62,000 nucleotides of DNA from Malacoraja senta. Its lineage: Eukaryota. Each line of letters begins with the position of its first letter. Positions within the stretch are counted from its first letter, which is position 1. A model generated the notes under the pieces. The model was not told where the DNA came from. It made no database searches and saw only the letters and a program-made list of their open reading frames with translations. The DNA lies in contig CM075999.1 in assembly GCA_038087875.1 (NCBI GenBank), forward strand, positions 372,001 through 434,000, read 5' to 3'. Below, piece after piece: positions 32,860 through 46,489 of the stretch. Made by a program: the position numbers and the translations under genes.

Positions 32860-33390
32860 AGGCCCTGTCCCATGGGCAGGCAGTTACAGGTGGTAAGCGC
32901 GGCGTAGCAGGAAGTGGGGACTGCGCGGCTGCCACCGTACGGTCTGTCCCACGAGCATGCGGCAAGCGCAACCTAACCGGAAACGGTTGCTGCGCGGAGG
33001 CCGAGTGTTTACCGTACGGCCTGTCCCACGAGCATGCGAATGCATGCGGCGAGCGCGGAGTCGGGTGATGACGTCATCGCGCAACGCAACGCGCTACGCG
33101 ATGATGTCGAGACGGCTCGCGGCGTCCAGGCGGTGCTCGCGGCATACAGGCGGTGCTTGCGGCGAAGAGGCGGCAGCGGGGCGGCAGGCCGTTGCCGCAC
33201 GAGATTTTTGGACAGTGTCAGTTTTTCTGAGCACCGCGCGGTGTCGGGACCAACTACATACGGTTCCGACGATATGCGTGGGACCGACCCCGCGGGCCCC
33301 GCGCGGTCCCCTAGCGGTCCACGCGTGGTCCCCACTTCCTGCTACGCCGCGCTTCACCGCCAGTTACTGCCTGCCCGTGGGACAGGGCCA
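32860..33390. mobile_element. Non-autonomous Harbinger MITE (531 bp), same family as 26314-26824, opposite orientation
   Basis: TIR aggccctgtcccat..gtgggacagggcca; TAA TSD at 32857 and 33391; shared interior tttttggacagtgtcagtttt is inverted relative to the first copy. Confidence 0.9.
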
Positions 33391-33689
33391 TAACTCTTGC
33401 TAAGGTACACATATTTGGCATGTTATCCCTTCCCTGGGCCTCTGGGGCATTCTGTATGAAGACAATTGTATCTTCTCCACCCCTTTAAAAAAAAGTCTCT
33501 GACTCATTTCAGCATCTTAAATAGCTTTCACAGCAGTACTCACTAATTTCCAGTCAGCAGCTTCCGAGAACCACTTGAAAGCTGCCCTCTGCTATTCAAC
33601 TATAATATGAACTTAATAATATTATCGAGCTTGCTCACATGAGTATGATGCAAATGAGATTGAGAGCCAACAGTCACTGTCTAAGTGAA

Positions 33690-34990
33690 TGGCCAGTTGA
33701 AAGCCAGAGAATGATTAAAGTTGAATAATGAGATAGATCCCAGGATGTTGTGGGAGGCAGTGGAGATTACTGGGATTCTGACAGGGATTTCCAGGTTTTT
33801 CAACCATAGACGAGGTGCCAGATGACTGGCGGTTAGCAAATGTAGTAAGTTTAATCAAGAGGGACATACAGTATGGGACATATAAATCATATACTGAAGG
33901 CCTGTGAGACTAATATCAGTCTAAAGAAGGGTCTCGACCCGAAACATCACCCATTCCTCTCTCCAGAGATGCTGCCTGTCCCGCTGAGTTACTCCAGCAT
34001 TTTGTGTCTATCTTCGATTTAAACCAGCATCTGTAGTTCTTTCCTACACTGCCTAATATCAGTGGTTGGAAAGCTATTGGGAAAAATTCGGAAAGTCAGA
34101 ATTAATCTACACTTGGCGATTAATTCTGATCAGCAGGTACTCACCAGGAAATGATCAGCGGGTAAACTTTGCATTAGTGGTCGGGAAATTATCGGAGAAG
34201 ATTCTTAAGGATAGTCGCAGTTGAAGTTTTAGAGGACTGGAGGTGGCAAGGTCAAGCCAGGAAACTACAGGCCTGTGAGGCTAACTTCAGTGGTGGGAAA
34301 GTTGTTAGAAGGTATTCTGAATACTATAGTAGGCAGTGCAGAAGGATATCTAAGTTTACACCGCGATCTAAATCAGTTGAGAAGGTGGGTCCAGAGATGA
34401 TAAATGGAGTTCAATTCTGTCAAGTGTTGCACTTTGGCATGTCAAACCAAGGCAGGACATGTACAGTAAATGGTAGGGCCCTGGAAAGTGTTGGAGAACA
34501 GAGATCTGGGTGTACATGTGTATGGTCTCTGAAAGTAGAATTCAGGTGGACAGGGTGGTGAAGAAAACATTTCACACGCGTGGCTTCATTGGGCAGGGTA
34601 TTGAGTATATAGGTACGGAGTCCATGATGCAGTATATTGGTGAGACCACATTTAGAGTATTGTGCGCAGTTCTGATCACTCAGATGTTGGAAAGGATGTC
34701 ATTAAGTTGGAAAAAGTGCAGAAGAGATTCACCAGGATATTACCTAGACTGCAGGCCTGAGTTATAGGGAGAGGTTGGAGAGGCTGGAACGTGTAGGAGA
34801 TTGAGAAGTGACCATATTGAGGTGTACAAGCTCATGAGGAGTATTGATAAAATGAATGCTCAGAGTCTTCTTCCCATGGGAGAGGATTCGAAAACTAGGG
34901 CATAGGCTTAACGAGAGGGGAGAGATCTAAGGGGGACCTTAGGAGCAACCTTTTCGCTCCCAGGGTAGCATGTATCGGGAATGAGCTGTC
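33690..34990 (+). mobile_element. CR1-type LINE fragments, degenerate
   Basis: gaggtgccagatgactgg (VPxDW), ccaggaaactacaggcctgtgaggctaacttcagtggtgggaaag (PGNYRPVxLTSVVGK), tggtgagaccacatttagagtattgtg (VRPHLEYC). Confidence 0.7.
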
Positions 34991-37900
34991 AGAAGAAGCG
35001 CACACATGCACACACACATAAATACCCCTCTGTCCCTGTCCAGTGTTTCCTGTTCCTTCCCCATCCAATCATTCAATCACCGCGTGACTTTTCTCACCTA
35101 ATGATCCGCCCTGTCCCTGAATCTCCGTCTCTTCAATGTCCTTATTTTCCCATGGACCCTCTCCTATCGGCCCTCAAAATCACTACCTCCAAACCTACCT
35201 CCTGGACTCCTTTCCTCCTTACAACCCTTACAATCCCTACCTCTCACATATACTCTCCCACTTACCCTCCCCCCCCTTCCACTTTCCTTCTCTGACCACT
35301 CTTTTCCTCGCTTGTCCTGATTGAGAGTGCGCTCAAGGGAGGTCCCTCCCTCACCACTCTCTGGTGTCATCCAGAGGATTAAAAGGCAAGGAACCCACGG
35401 TGATTGTGGTAGCTTGGATGCAGAACTGGCTTCCCCTTAGAAGACCGAGGGTAGTGGTGGACGGCTGTTAATCAGGCTGGATGCTGAGGAAGGCATATGG
35501 CATGCTTCCCTTTGTGTATTATGCCGTAGAATATTAGAATTGAAATGCTAAGTTGCAACTTTACACAATACTAGTTAGGCCACACATGGAAATTGTGTGG
35601 TTCTTGCTGTCACACGATAAGAAGGATGTGGTGTGCTGTGGAGGGGATACACCAGGATGTTGATTGGATTGATGCATATTGGATTGAGTAGCCAAGAACA
35701 CACACTAAAAAATCTACTTCCTCAGAAGACCAAGTACTACACCAGATTCAAGAACAGCTTCTTCCCAACTTTTATCAAAATGCTTAATGTTCCACTCAAA
35801 CCTAAGCATGCAGTCCTGATTTTAAAATCTGCTCTTTCTCTATAACTGTAACAATATAGTGCTGTGATCTGCATGCTGGTATTTTTCTCTTTGCACTCCT
35901 GTTGTACATGTGTGCTGCTTGATTGTATTCATGTAAAGCATGATATTCATGTGAAGCATCATGTAATAGCATGAAAACAAAGTTGTTCACTGCACCTCAG
36001 TGCACGTTATAATGACAAACCAACACCAATATTGACAAATACATAAAATCCAGGCAATATCCTAGTGAACCTCTTCTGCAGCCCCTCTATAGTTTTAAGG
36101 TGAGGGGGGGGAAATTTTAATGGGAACCTGAGGGGTAACTTTTTACACAAAGGGTGGTGAATGTATGGAACAATCTGCCGGAGGAAGTAGTTGAGGCTGG
36201 GACTATCGTGATGTTTAAGAATCATGATGTTTGGAAATATATGAGACAAAAGCAGGCAGATTGGATTAGTGTAGATGCAGCATGTTGGTCGGCATGGGCA
36301 AGTTGGGCCGATGGGCCTGTTTCTACGCAGTATGATTCTATGACTCTATGGCCTAACCAAAGTTTTATTCATCTGCAACCGACTTCCCAACTTTTATAAT
36401 CAATGTCCCGATGGATGAAGGCAACTGTGTTGTAGACGCAAAGGGCGACAGACCAACTGCTAGTCAACTCCTGTGCCAGTCACAAAAGACATACCCCTCT
36501 GGCAAGGAAGAAATAATTTCTTACAAAATGTTCAAAGTACCATCGTGTGATAATCAACACACTGCTTCATCAGAGAGACATGCGCAAGACCTGGTGATGA
36601 ACACACTGATCGCTGCACGGGGACCTGTTAGATTACATGTCGCACTGAGAGACTGCAAGGATGTCCACATCACCTGTATGGAAAATTGTTGGACTGGCCA
36701 CTACTTAATCCACTATGTTATTTCCATTTGCTTAGACCTGAAACAACAATGGGTGCAAGAACAGCGGTGAGGAACTGCAGATGTTTGTTTACCATAAAAG
36801 ACACAAAGTGATGGAGTAACTCAGCGGGTCAGGGGATATGGATGGATGACATTTTGGGTTGGGACCATTCTTCTGACTGATTGTGGTGGGGGCGGGGGAG
36901 TGGGGAGAAAGCTGGAAGAGAGATGGGACAAGATAAAGCCTGGCAAGTAGTAAGTAGATACAGGTGGGGGGGGGGGGGTGGGGTGGGGGGGGGTGGGGTG
37001 GGGGGGGGGGGGTGGACAAGGGCCTGGGATGAAAAGAGAAAAGTGTGGGATAAGGATAGAAGATGAATTGTGAAGCCAGACAAAGGAATATAGGTGGAAG
37101 GGGATGTGATGGCCGCCCCAAAAACATTGTCTGTCCGTTCCCTCTCACCTTAAACTTATGCTCTCTAGTCTTTGAGAGCAATTTCTACCTTGGGGAGAAA
37201 AACTCAAAATTTTATAAACTTCTATTAGGTCTCCCCTCAGCCTCTGAAACTCCAGAGAAAACTCTCCAAGTTTCTCAATCCTCTCCTTATAGCTAATAGC
37301 CCCCAATGCAAGCAGCATTCCGGTGAACCCCTTCTGCACCTTCTCCAATGATTCAGTCCATGACTTGAGTGTCCTTGACTCCACCCCAGAACTAACCCTG
37401 TGTCCCAATCTTGCCATGTCTCTCCACCCTCAAACCAGAAGGTCATGTGCTAACTGAAATAAGAAAGGCCTTAGGAGCTAGTGATTTCCCTGCTGAAGTT
37501 CTAACCATTGTACTATCTGCTTAATGCGGTTGGCACATTGGAATTTCAGTTCAATCAATTACTTATTCCCTTTTATGCCTTTCCCACAGAAACTTGTTTA
37601 TTTCATCAAAGTGCCTGAGGAAATGACGAGTATTATAATTTAATTCTTTTTCTTTGGCAGAACCTCAGAGTTCAGGATGACTGGCTGAGTAGTTACATCA
37701 ATTACAATTGTGTTTCTGTAGCTTCCACCCATACCCAAGGGAAAAATAACTTCTCTGAACGTCAAACTTCTCAAGCAGAATTAAGAACGTATTTACCAAT
37801 CCGTGTGCCATGAAGAAACTACAATATCTCTGGAGATAAATGTTACACCGAAAGGGTCTTTGACTACTTCAAGAAATGAAAAGTTTATCAATTAGTACTC

Positions 37901-40900
37901 TCTACATGTTATTGCAGTGAAAGCAAGATTATGTTTTATCAGTGGCATATAGCATCCAAAATTAAGCCAAAGGGAAGGAGAGTTAATTTATGAAAAATGA
38001 ATTACCATGGAGTAGAGAATGGAATTTATAGTAGGCAAATGTCAGAACATGATGTATTCCACATCAGATAGGCAGAGAAAGTCAGTCTGAAGAAGGGTCC
38101 CACCCCGAAACCTTGTCTGTCCATTCCCTCCACAAATGCTGCCTGACCTACTGAGATCCTCCATCACTTTGTGTTTTGCTCAGAAAATAGGGCATATGAA
38201 GTCTTTTGAGTCTCCAAAGGAAATTATCTACTGGATTTGTCATACTTACTTTCACCATTCCAGATGCGTGCATTGGTCCTTTGGATTAGAAAATACGGTA
38301 GCAAAATTACAGCATTACTGACGAAGAACTGGAGGAAACAGATAATTATGGTCATCGGTTTGACATCATTTGTAGGGAGGTTACTAAAGCAGAGACAAAA
38401 TTACCAACCTATAGGAAAGGGATGATCAAGTCACCCTGGCTGGAGGTGATGAAAGGTGTGTCAGTCTGACTAATCTGGATGAATGTCTTAAAATGGCACT
38501 GGAATGGGAGATGGTGGAATGTCTAAAGGCACTATGTACCACATAAGGCATGTGTGTATTAAGAAAAGATTTCAGGTGGTTGGTCTGATACTCAGTGGAA
38601 TTTAGAATGAGATAGGCTCTTATTGAAATATATAATCATATTATAAAGATGTTACTCCTCATGATTTCAGAATAAACGGACCCCATATAAAGTAGATATG
38701 AGGAAGAATTTCGTCAAAGTTAAAGATCTTTGGAATTCTTTATCGAAAAGGCTGTGAAGACTGAATCAATAAACATACGCTGGGGAGGCACAGTTCCATA
38801 ACTGGAAAGTCACTACCTCACAGATCCAATGATCCAGCTTTGATCAAAACCTTCACTGTTTTCTGCATGGTGTTTGTACAATATCCCTGTGATCGTGTGG
38901 GTCTTTTTTCTGGGTGCTCCAGTTTCCTCCCACATCCCAAAGACATGCAGTGTGGCAGATCAATTGACCTCTGTAAGCTACCTGAAGGGTAGGTGGGTTG
39001 TAGATTGATGACAATGGGGGAGAACAAGTTACAAAGAAACTTAGAGGGCCAATATGATTTAATTGTTAGCTTGCTTAGACTCGATGGGCGGAACTGGCAT
39101 CCAGTGTTGATGGGGACCATGGAAATATGAGACAATCAACTCAAAGGTTCCGAGGGACCAAAGTCAGATAAACCATGAACTTGTTGAATGGTAGAGGAGG
39201 CAAAAGGGCTCACACACGTGTTCTTAAGGTCCAATGTGAAAGGTCATTTTGCAAATATACATGGAATTTGGAGTAACTTTGAGAGTTGTTACTGAAAAAA
39301 AAACCTTGATTGACAAGACTTGAAAGTGGTAATATCAGGGCATCTCAATTGTTACCACAGTTTTCCACTGCATATAAGTGGGAAGAAAACTGCATTTTCA
39401 GTTTGGCAGATAAAATATTCCTTGGACCGACATAAAGTTGTATGGTTTAAAACAGGAAGTTACAAAATTACATAAACATGCAGAATCATGGATAGGGAAG
39501 GTTGGCGTGGAGATATGTGGAATCATTCAATTTATCCATATTGGGATGGGGATTTTTAAAGCTGAGAGGCTCTGGAGGAGCAATGAGATTTAGGAGCTTG
39601 TGTTACAGATCTGGAAAGGCAAAGCAGGTACAAAAATACAAAAGATGCCAAAAGCCTTGGTCCCATTCCCCTTTGGGGCACAGCAGTTGGTTTTAGTAAG
39701 TGAACTTCATGAAGGTTACAAAGTGCTGGAGTAACTCAGCTGGTCAGGCAGCATCTCTGGAGAACATAGATTAGGGACATTTTGGGTCAGGACCCTTCGT
39801 CACATATCTATGTTCATTGGAGATATTGCCTGACCCACTGAGTTCTTCCAGCACTTTGTGACTTTTTTGTAAACCAGCATCTGCAGTTCCTTGCGTCTAC
39901 ACTTTAAGAAGGTTGGGAAGGGATGTATAATGTTCTGGGGTTTCAAAATTTGATACTGAGTATACTTTTGCTTTGTATTCCCCTGATTACATTACTCAGG
40001 AATAAGCTGAGTTATAAATGATAAAGGGGTGTGAATAAGAGACACTTCTGCATTGTGTTTCAACACTTGGGAATGTCTCTCTTACTTTCTGTGGCATTTC
40101 TTTGGGATCAAGTTTAAAAAAAAAGAAATATCATCTAAAAAAGACCAAAAAAAAGCAAAAGGACACAGTTAAAAAGATTCGGAGGCCGAAGGTTCAACTC
40201 TTTGGAATTTCCAGGCTTCAATGACTTGTAATTTCCACCAAATTCCCATTCCGAAACAAATTGCTCAACAAAATTATTGTTTCTCTTGCGCTAATGTCAT
40301 TGAGAGTTAGTTGTACTCTTGGATTAAACCACTTCTTCCCCCCAAGGGGCAAATGTAAATGAAACCTGAATTATTTTTGATTAGTTTATACAGTAGATGA
40401 ACAAATTCCAAGTAAGTCTGATATCATAGCCGTCATTTCCAAACAAGAGAAAGAATGAACAAAGATTATACCCAGTACAGGTCAGGAACCCATCATATAC
40501 AATTGGGCAAGAGGTCCATGTTGGAAACTGTGAATACAAGTTCTAATCTCCTTCAGGGTATTTAAGCTGCTAAATCTTTTGGTGCACAAAGGCATTCTAT
40601 ACATAAATAAAGTGATGCAGGTTCACACAGGTATGGGCAATTTTATAAATGCCCACAGTAACAATGATAAACCACCTGGGACTGACTGATGCTCCTCTGG
40701 AACCAAAATTAAATTCTGCATTCTTTATCTTAGAATTGTTGATGAAGTATGACTTCTGGCTGATCTGTTACTGAATCACGTGGACCAAGAAGGTTACCTG
40801 CTTAATGTAATTAATACACCCGTGCCATTTTTGTGGATGAAAATTATTACCAAGACACGTCAACATCCCAGTAAAATGTCACTGAAAGACCAAGCCCTGC

Positions 40901-42518
40901 ATTGGTATTGGGGAAACTCAGTTCTCCAGCATTTTATCAAATTTATGACTGAGGTTAAAGATATTGAATTCCTACCTATATATACCTATACCATCATATC
41001 TAAATTTACTGTGTCACCAGGATCATATAATTAGAACAAATTTATTACCAAGTTGAGTCAGACTAAATTTTGAAATTCATTAAAATATCCAATTCCACAT
41101 GCATAACTTGAAATCCATCTTTAATCATCTCCAACAGTTCACTATACGCCTTCAAATTGGTTTCAAAGTTTTTATCTTTGTTCAGTAACTCATTTAAATA
41201 GTAGCTCATTTTTCCTTTGCATTCTACATTTCTAACCTCATCTTTCTTAATCTGTTCACAATCTTCTTGGATTTCCCTCACCCTGCAACATTTGATGATA
41301 TCATTTTTGATTGCCTTATGCCAGCCTTATAGAATGTATTTCCCAATTTCCTTTATATCTCATCCTCACATTATACCTCTTGGATATCTATTTCAATTCC
41401 TGTGGTTCAGTGCGTCCCTTGCAAACATTCTTGCTGCACGTTGGGTCCTCGTTGTAAAACCTAACGGACAGTTTTTCATCATACAACTTCCCATGCCAAT
41501 GAACGTACCATTGGACTGATTGCAAAATAAGTCACGATTAGTACAGGAAAGTGGCAGAGAACCCAGACACAGGCTCTTCAGTCCACAATGTCTGTGCCGA
41601 ACATGGTACTGAGATAAAGTAATCTCCTCTGCCTGCCTGATCCATATCATACTGTTCCCTGCATATCCATGTGCTTATCCAAACACCTTTTAAATGCCAC
41701 TATCGCATCTGTCTCCACCAATACCTCTGGCATCAAAATCTAGTCACCCACCACTCTCTGTGTGGAAAAAAACTTGCCCTGCACATTACTTTTAAACTTT
41801 TCTCCTCTCACCCTCAGGCCTAGCCCACCAGTCTTCGACATTTCCACCCTGGGAAGAAGATTCTGACTGTACACCCTTTCTAATATTCTCATAATTTTTA
41901 TCGGGTCTGCCCTCAAATTCCAAAAAGGTGGAAGATCAGTCATGATCTTGAATGGAGGAACAGGTGTAAGGGGTTCATTCGCCTATGCCTCCTTCTTAAT
42001 TGGATGCTGTAAAGTTCGCCTAGTGTAGGTTGGTGCAAAAAGGAATCAAGGGAAAGCTGATGGTTATCTGTGAAAGAGAATAAATTGTATAAAGGAATAA
42101 AGCGAATTAGGACCAATGGGGAGATTGTATCTTTGGAAGGTGACCTACTCCTCCTGGTCCAAATGGTCTCCAAAACACAAGATATTCCAGCATTGCTAGA
42201 AATTAACTCCAGTACAAAGTTGCCAAGACTTTCGAATCAGTGATGAAAATAAGTTGGTTATAAAATCTCAGCCCAGTAATACGTTTGTTGTGCAATGTTA
42301 TAACATTAATGAGAACATTTATAGTGGATAATGTACTTTTATTTCTCATTACCTAGAAATTAGACTACATTAATTTCGCCTTCCCTCTTTTCAGAATAGC
42401 TGATAAACACGTTTCAAAGCCTTAGTTATCTTACATAAAGTTTTTGCAGTTTCATTTAGTATCCACCTGTGCTTCGAGGCTTAAAATAAGGTGTGTTATT
42501 AGACACCCTATGATTGAG

Positions 42519-42550
42519 TGACGTGACATCACATCAAGGTCTTAAATATG
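42519..42550 (+). promoter_or_regulatory. Candidate mucin promoter (CRE-like TGACGTGA and TATA-like TTAAATA)
   Basis: The motifs lie about 70-100 bp upstream of the predicted ATG at 42617, in non-repetitive DNA. Confidence 0.35.
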
Positions 42551-42616
42551 AGGAAACTTAATTTTCCTCAGGTAGTCTCATTTTAGGTTACACTGAGGCA
42601 GCATCTTAAAGCAAAA

Positions 42617-42686
42617 ATGTTTTCCAGAACATTCTACACAAATGCCTTGTTATGGAATATTTTAATATGTTGGCTGCATCTTTCAG
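42617..42686 (+). CDS. MUC16-like mucin, predicted exon 1 (signal peptide)
   Basis: aaaATG MFSRTFYTNALLWNILICWLHLS followed by a strong CAG|GTAAGA phase-1 donor. It joins in frame to the phase-1 exon at 50924 (..LHLSACSSSKK). Confidence 0.6.
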
Positions 42687-43026
42687 GTAAGAAATATATG
42701 CAAATGATAACTGCAAGTATGTTTAATTTCATTAAGATTTGCAGCAACTGCTGAATTATATTTCTTCTACAATAAGCTTAAACCAATAAGATATTATTCC
42801 TGGAATTAGTCTTGTGATACTTATTTGAATGTTTTTATTTATAAATAATAACAAAGGAAACTAAATTAAAAGTAAGAAAATATCTTTGAATCGTGAAGTA
42901 ATATATATAAATTGTAATTTACTTTAATCGCAAAGATGGGTACGTACAATCATGTCATTAATATCGCAGATAATATAATTGTGAAAAACCTGTATAATTA
43001 TGACTATCAATATTGAAGTAAATGAT

Positions 43027-44412
43027 CAATCAAATCAATCAATCAATCAATCAAAAACTTGATTTGCCATTTGTGCTTACACACATAGGAACTCTTGTGC
43101 GGTTGTTCAGAGAGTCAAGTCAAGTCAAGTTAAAAAGACACACAGAAAGACACATAATCTATAAAAACATATACTTCTGTAGAAATAAAAAAGAAAGTGC
43201 CTAAAACCCTATATGTTATGAGGTGGATCAGGACATCAGTTCCTTTTGTTTTGGCCAAGAGTCTCACTGTGGCAGGGAAGAAGCTCTTGAAAAAGCGTGT
43301 TCTGTTTGTGGCGATGCTGTCCGCTCGTCTGTGCCTGAGGTTGTATGTGCAGTTTTTGTGTTTGAGCAGGGAGTGAGCTGGATGTAGTGTGTCTCTGATG
43401 ATTCTCTCTGTTCTTTTTTGACAGCGCTGTGTGTAGATTGTTTCCATGGAGGGAAGTTCCGTTCTGATAATCCTCTCTGCAGTCTTTATGACTCTTTGCA
43501 GAGCCTTCCTCTCTGTCTGTGTGGTGTTTCCATACCACACCGATGCTCTCTATCAGTCCTTTGTAGACCTGGGTGAGAGGGCGACAGTGCAGACCAGCTT
43601 TTCTGAGCAGCCTGATGAAGTGCAGTCTCTGCTGGGCTTTTTTCACTGTTGCAACAGTGTTCAAAGTCCAGTTCAGATCTGATGTTACTTGTAATCCCAG
43701 GTATCTGTAACTGTCAGCCCTCTCCACCACAGTCCCCTTGATGATGAGGGGCTGCAGGGGGGGGTGGATTTTTTCTGAAGTCCATTATTATTTCTCTTGT
43801 CTTGTCTGTGTTGAGGCTTAGGTTGTTCACCTCACCATAGGCAAGAATGTCGTTCACCAGATTCCTGTAGCCCGACTCGTCCCCCCCTTAATGAGGCCCA
43901 GGATGGTGGTATCATCCGCATACTTAATAATGATGGTATTTTCCTGGGTGGAGACACAGTCGTGTGTGTACAGGGTGAAAAGTTTGGGACTGAGACAGCA
44001 GCCTTGTGGTGATACTGTGCTGACGGTGAGCTCTGCAGACACCCTCCTTCCCATCCTCACCACCTGTGGTCTTTCAGTCAGGAAATCCAAGATCCAGTTG
44101 CAGGTGGGAGTCGGGACGCCGAGGTCTGTCAGCTTCTCAGTCAGCCTGCCCGGGCGAATGGTATTAAAAGCCAAACTGTAATCCAGGAACAGCGTTCTGA
44201 CGTATGTTCCTCAGCTGTCCAGATGTTGCAGGATGTGGTGTAGAGCAATGGCCACTGCGTCGTCCACTGAGCGGTTGGGGCGGTAGGCGAACTGGAGGGG
44301 GTCGATCGTGCCCGGGACCATGTGATTGATATGTGTGAGAACCAGTTTTTCTAGACACTTCATGGCAACTGGCGTGAGTGCCACTGGCCTGAAGTCATTC
44401 AGGGTGGATGGA
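43027..44412 (-). mobile_element. Rex1/Babar-type LINE RT 3' fragment in mucin intron 1
   Basis: [56 protein letters not shown]; (AATC)n tail near 43027. Confidence 0.85.
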
Positions 44413-46489
44413 TTTGGTTTTTTTGGAACTGGTACGATGTGATGTTTGGGTTAAAATGCACTGTTGTACATCTTACTGAAAATGTATTTAAACAATAACT
44501 GCATATTGCATTGCTTTCTGTGGCATCCAGAAAGAATGCATTTTCTTTTGGGTAACCTTTAAAATAGTGGTTATAGTAAAACATATTGGAAAGCACACTG
44601 TGCCTGGAAAACAAGCTGTAGAACAGGTAGGATTTTAAAAAAGACAGAAGAAGGGCAGTTCAAGTGGAGATCTGGAAAGAGGGGCTTTATTTTTTCTGTG
44701 CCCATTCCTTCAATGTTCTCTGTGTTCCCCTTGTCAATGGAAGATAATCTCTTTCACCGTACTAAAAGGGCGTGATGTTATGTGGCTCTCCAGAACACAC
44801 CCACTCGCTTCTGTTTGTACCGCCAAGGTCTGCAGATAGAATTAAAGATTTTGAAAAGGACATGAGCATAAAGTACTGTGCAAGTAAACTTTAAACTATC
44901 CTTTATGATCATACAAAGTGTGAATTCATTCAAAAGTCACACTCACTTTTGACTGTTGGTTCAAGTTCTACTCTGGAGAATTGAGCACGAGATCTGGGCT
45001 GCCACTTCAGAGAAGTTCCAAGGGATTGCTGGATGAACTGTTAATGCAAGGATCCCCATATATCATCTCAAGTGAATATAACATACGGCCAATGTTTATA
45101 CTTCAGCCAAAAAGACAAAGAAAACAGACCAACTGGTTATAAAATTGTTACAATGCAGACAAAGCCTAATGAGTGAATTCAGGCTAGAGATGGAAAAGCC
45201 TTGTTCATCCCAATTCTCTGCTCTTACTCCATAACCCATAGCTGATTCCATCAAATGTTTTCCCAATTCCCTTTCCACAGTCCTGGTTGATTCTGCTTTT
45301 ACCTCCCCTATAGTTCCAGACAATAAGTACTCTCTGCCTAAAATACCCTCACATCTCCCATGTAGCTATCAGCCATTTAAAAACAATTGCAACCCCTGTT
45401 CCTTGAACCTTGTGCATACGGGAATAACTACTCACTTAAACCTGTTGTAACCAGTCCTGATCTTACAAAGATTATCCTCAGATTTCTCTGCTGCATGAAG
45501 AATAATCCATGCTTCTCCAGTCTAACCTTACAGCTGATGTATCTCATTCTCACAAGCAATATTACATGTTTTCTATAACTTCATGCTCACGAAGTGCTAA
45601 AAGTAGATATACTGCAAGCAATTGGAAAGGCAAAGATTCGCTGGACTTCCCCCAAAGGATTTGAGTACAGGAATTGAGACATATTGCTCTTATTGCCAGG
45701 AGCCCCAGTGAGACCGCAGCTGGAATGTTATGTATCGATCTGGTCTCTGTATTGATTGAAGAATATACTTGAGATTGATAGTCCAGTGAAGATTCATCAG
45801 ATTTATTGGTGTCTGGGGATATTTCTCATCTGACGATTCAAACAGGGTCTATACTTGGAGATTACAAGGATAATGTGCTGCTACATTGAAATAGACATTT
45901 GTCTGGGGCTTGCTTGTAATGGTTGTGGTCTCTAAAACCACTGTCTCAAAATATGCAGGGTTGAGAGGACAGTATATTTCTTCACCCAGAGTATGCTGTG
46001 TCTTTTGGAATTCTCTCCTCCATTCAACTGCGAAGGCTGAGCCACTGATTATAGTCAAGGGAGGAAAATCAATCGATTTTTAGAAGCAAAGAAAATCAAC
46101 AGATGTGGAGTTGGTGCAGAAAAGGGTACCGAGGTACAGAAATCAGCCCCAAATTTTATTGAAGCATGCAGCAGGCATGAGGAACCAATCTAGCCTATTC
46201 TCGTCACAATCTTCAACTCTTATTAGGTTCCCTCGGACAGTCAGTTCAATTGATAATTAGTTGGATAATTAGTATTTGAAATTATGCTCTGTGGTCCAGG
46301 CAGGGTTTTGTTCAGGTTCAAAGTAACTTCCTTACTAATCTTCTCCATGCCTTCATAAAGACCATAATCTTATGTACTCGGCTAACCACTCCACATGCTC
46401 TGCTTGTTCTTTCCACCAGTCCTATTCTTATAATTCCTCTCTTAAGCGATACACCCTCAGTATAAAATAGGCATGGTCTAAACACTATC

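Noticed and set aside
26282..33403. Overlapping Arg/Ala-rich ORFs at 26.3-26.9 kb and 32.9-33.4 kb
   Set aside because: Artefacts of GC-rich MITE sequence, which is poor in stop codons.
36960..37015. G-rich tract as a functional G-quadruplex, or a poly-Pro ORF
   Set aside because: Low-complexity expansion inside a common Penelope-derived repeat; similar tracts occur at 57750 and 59720.
40050..41520. AT-rich non-repetitive stretch with short ORFs (e.g. 41063-41281) that might be a decayed viral or TE gene
   Set aside because: No motif I can assign; TBLASTX would be needed.
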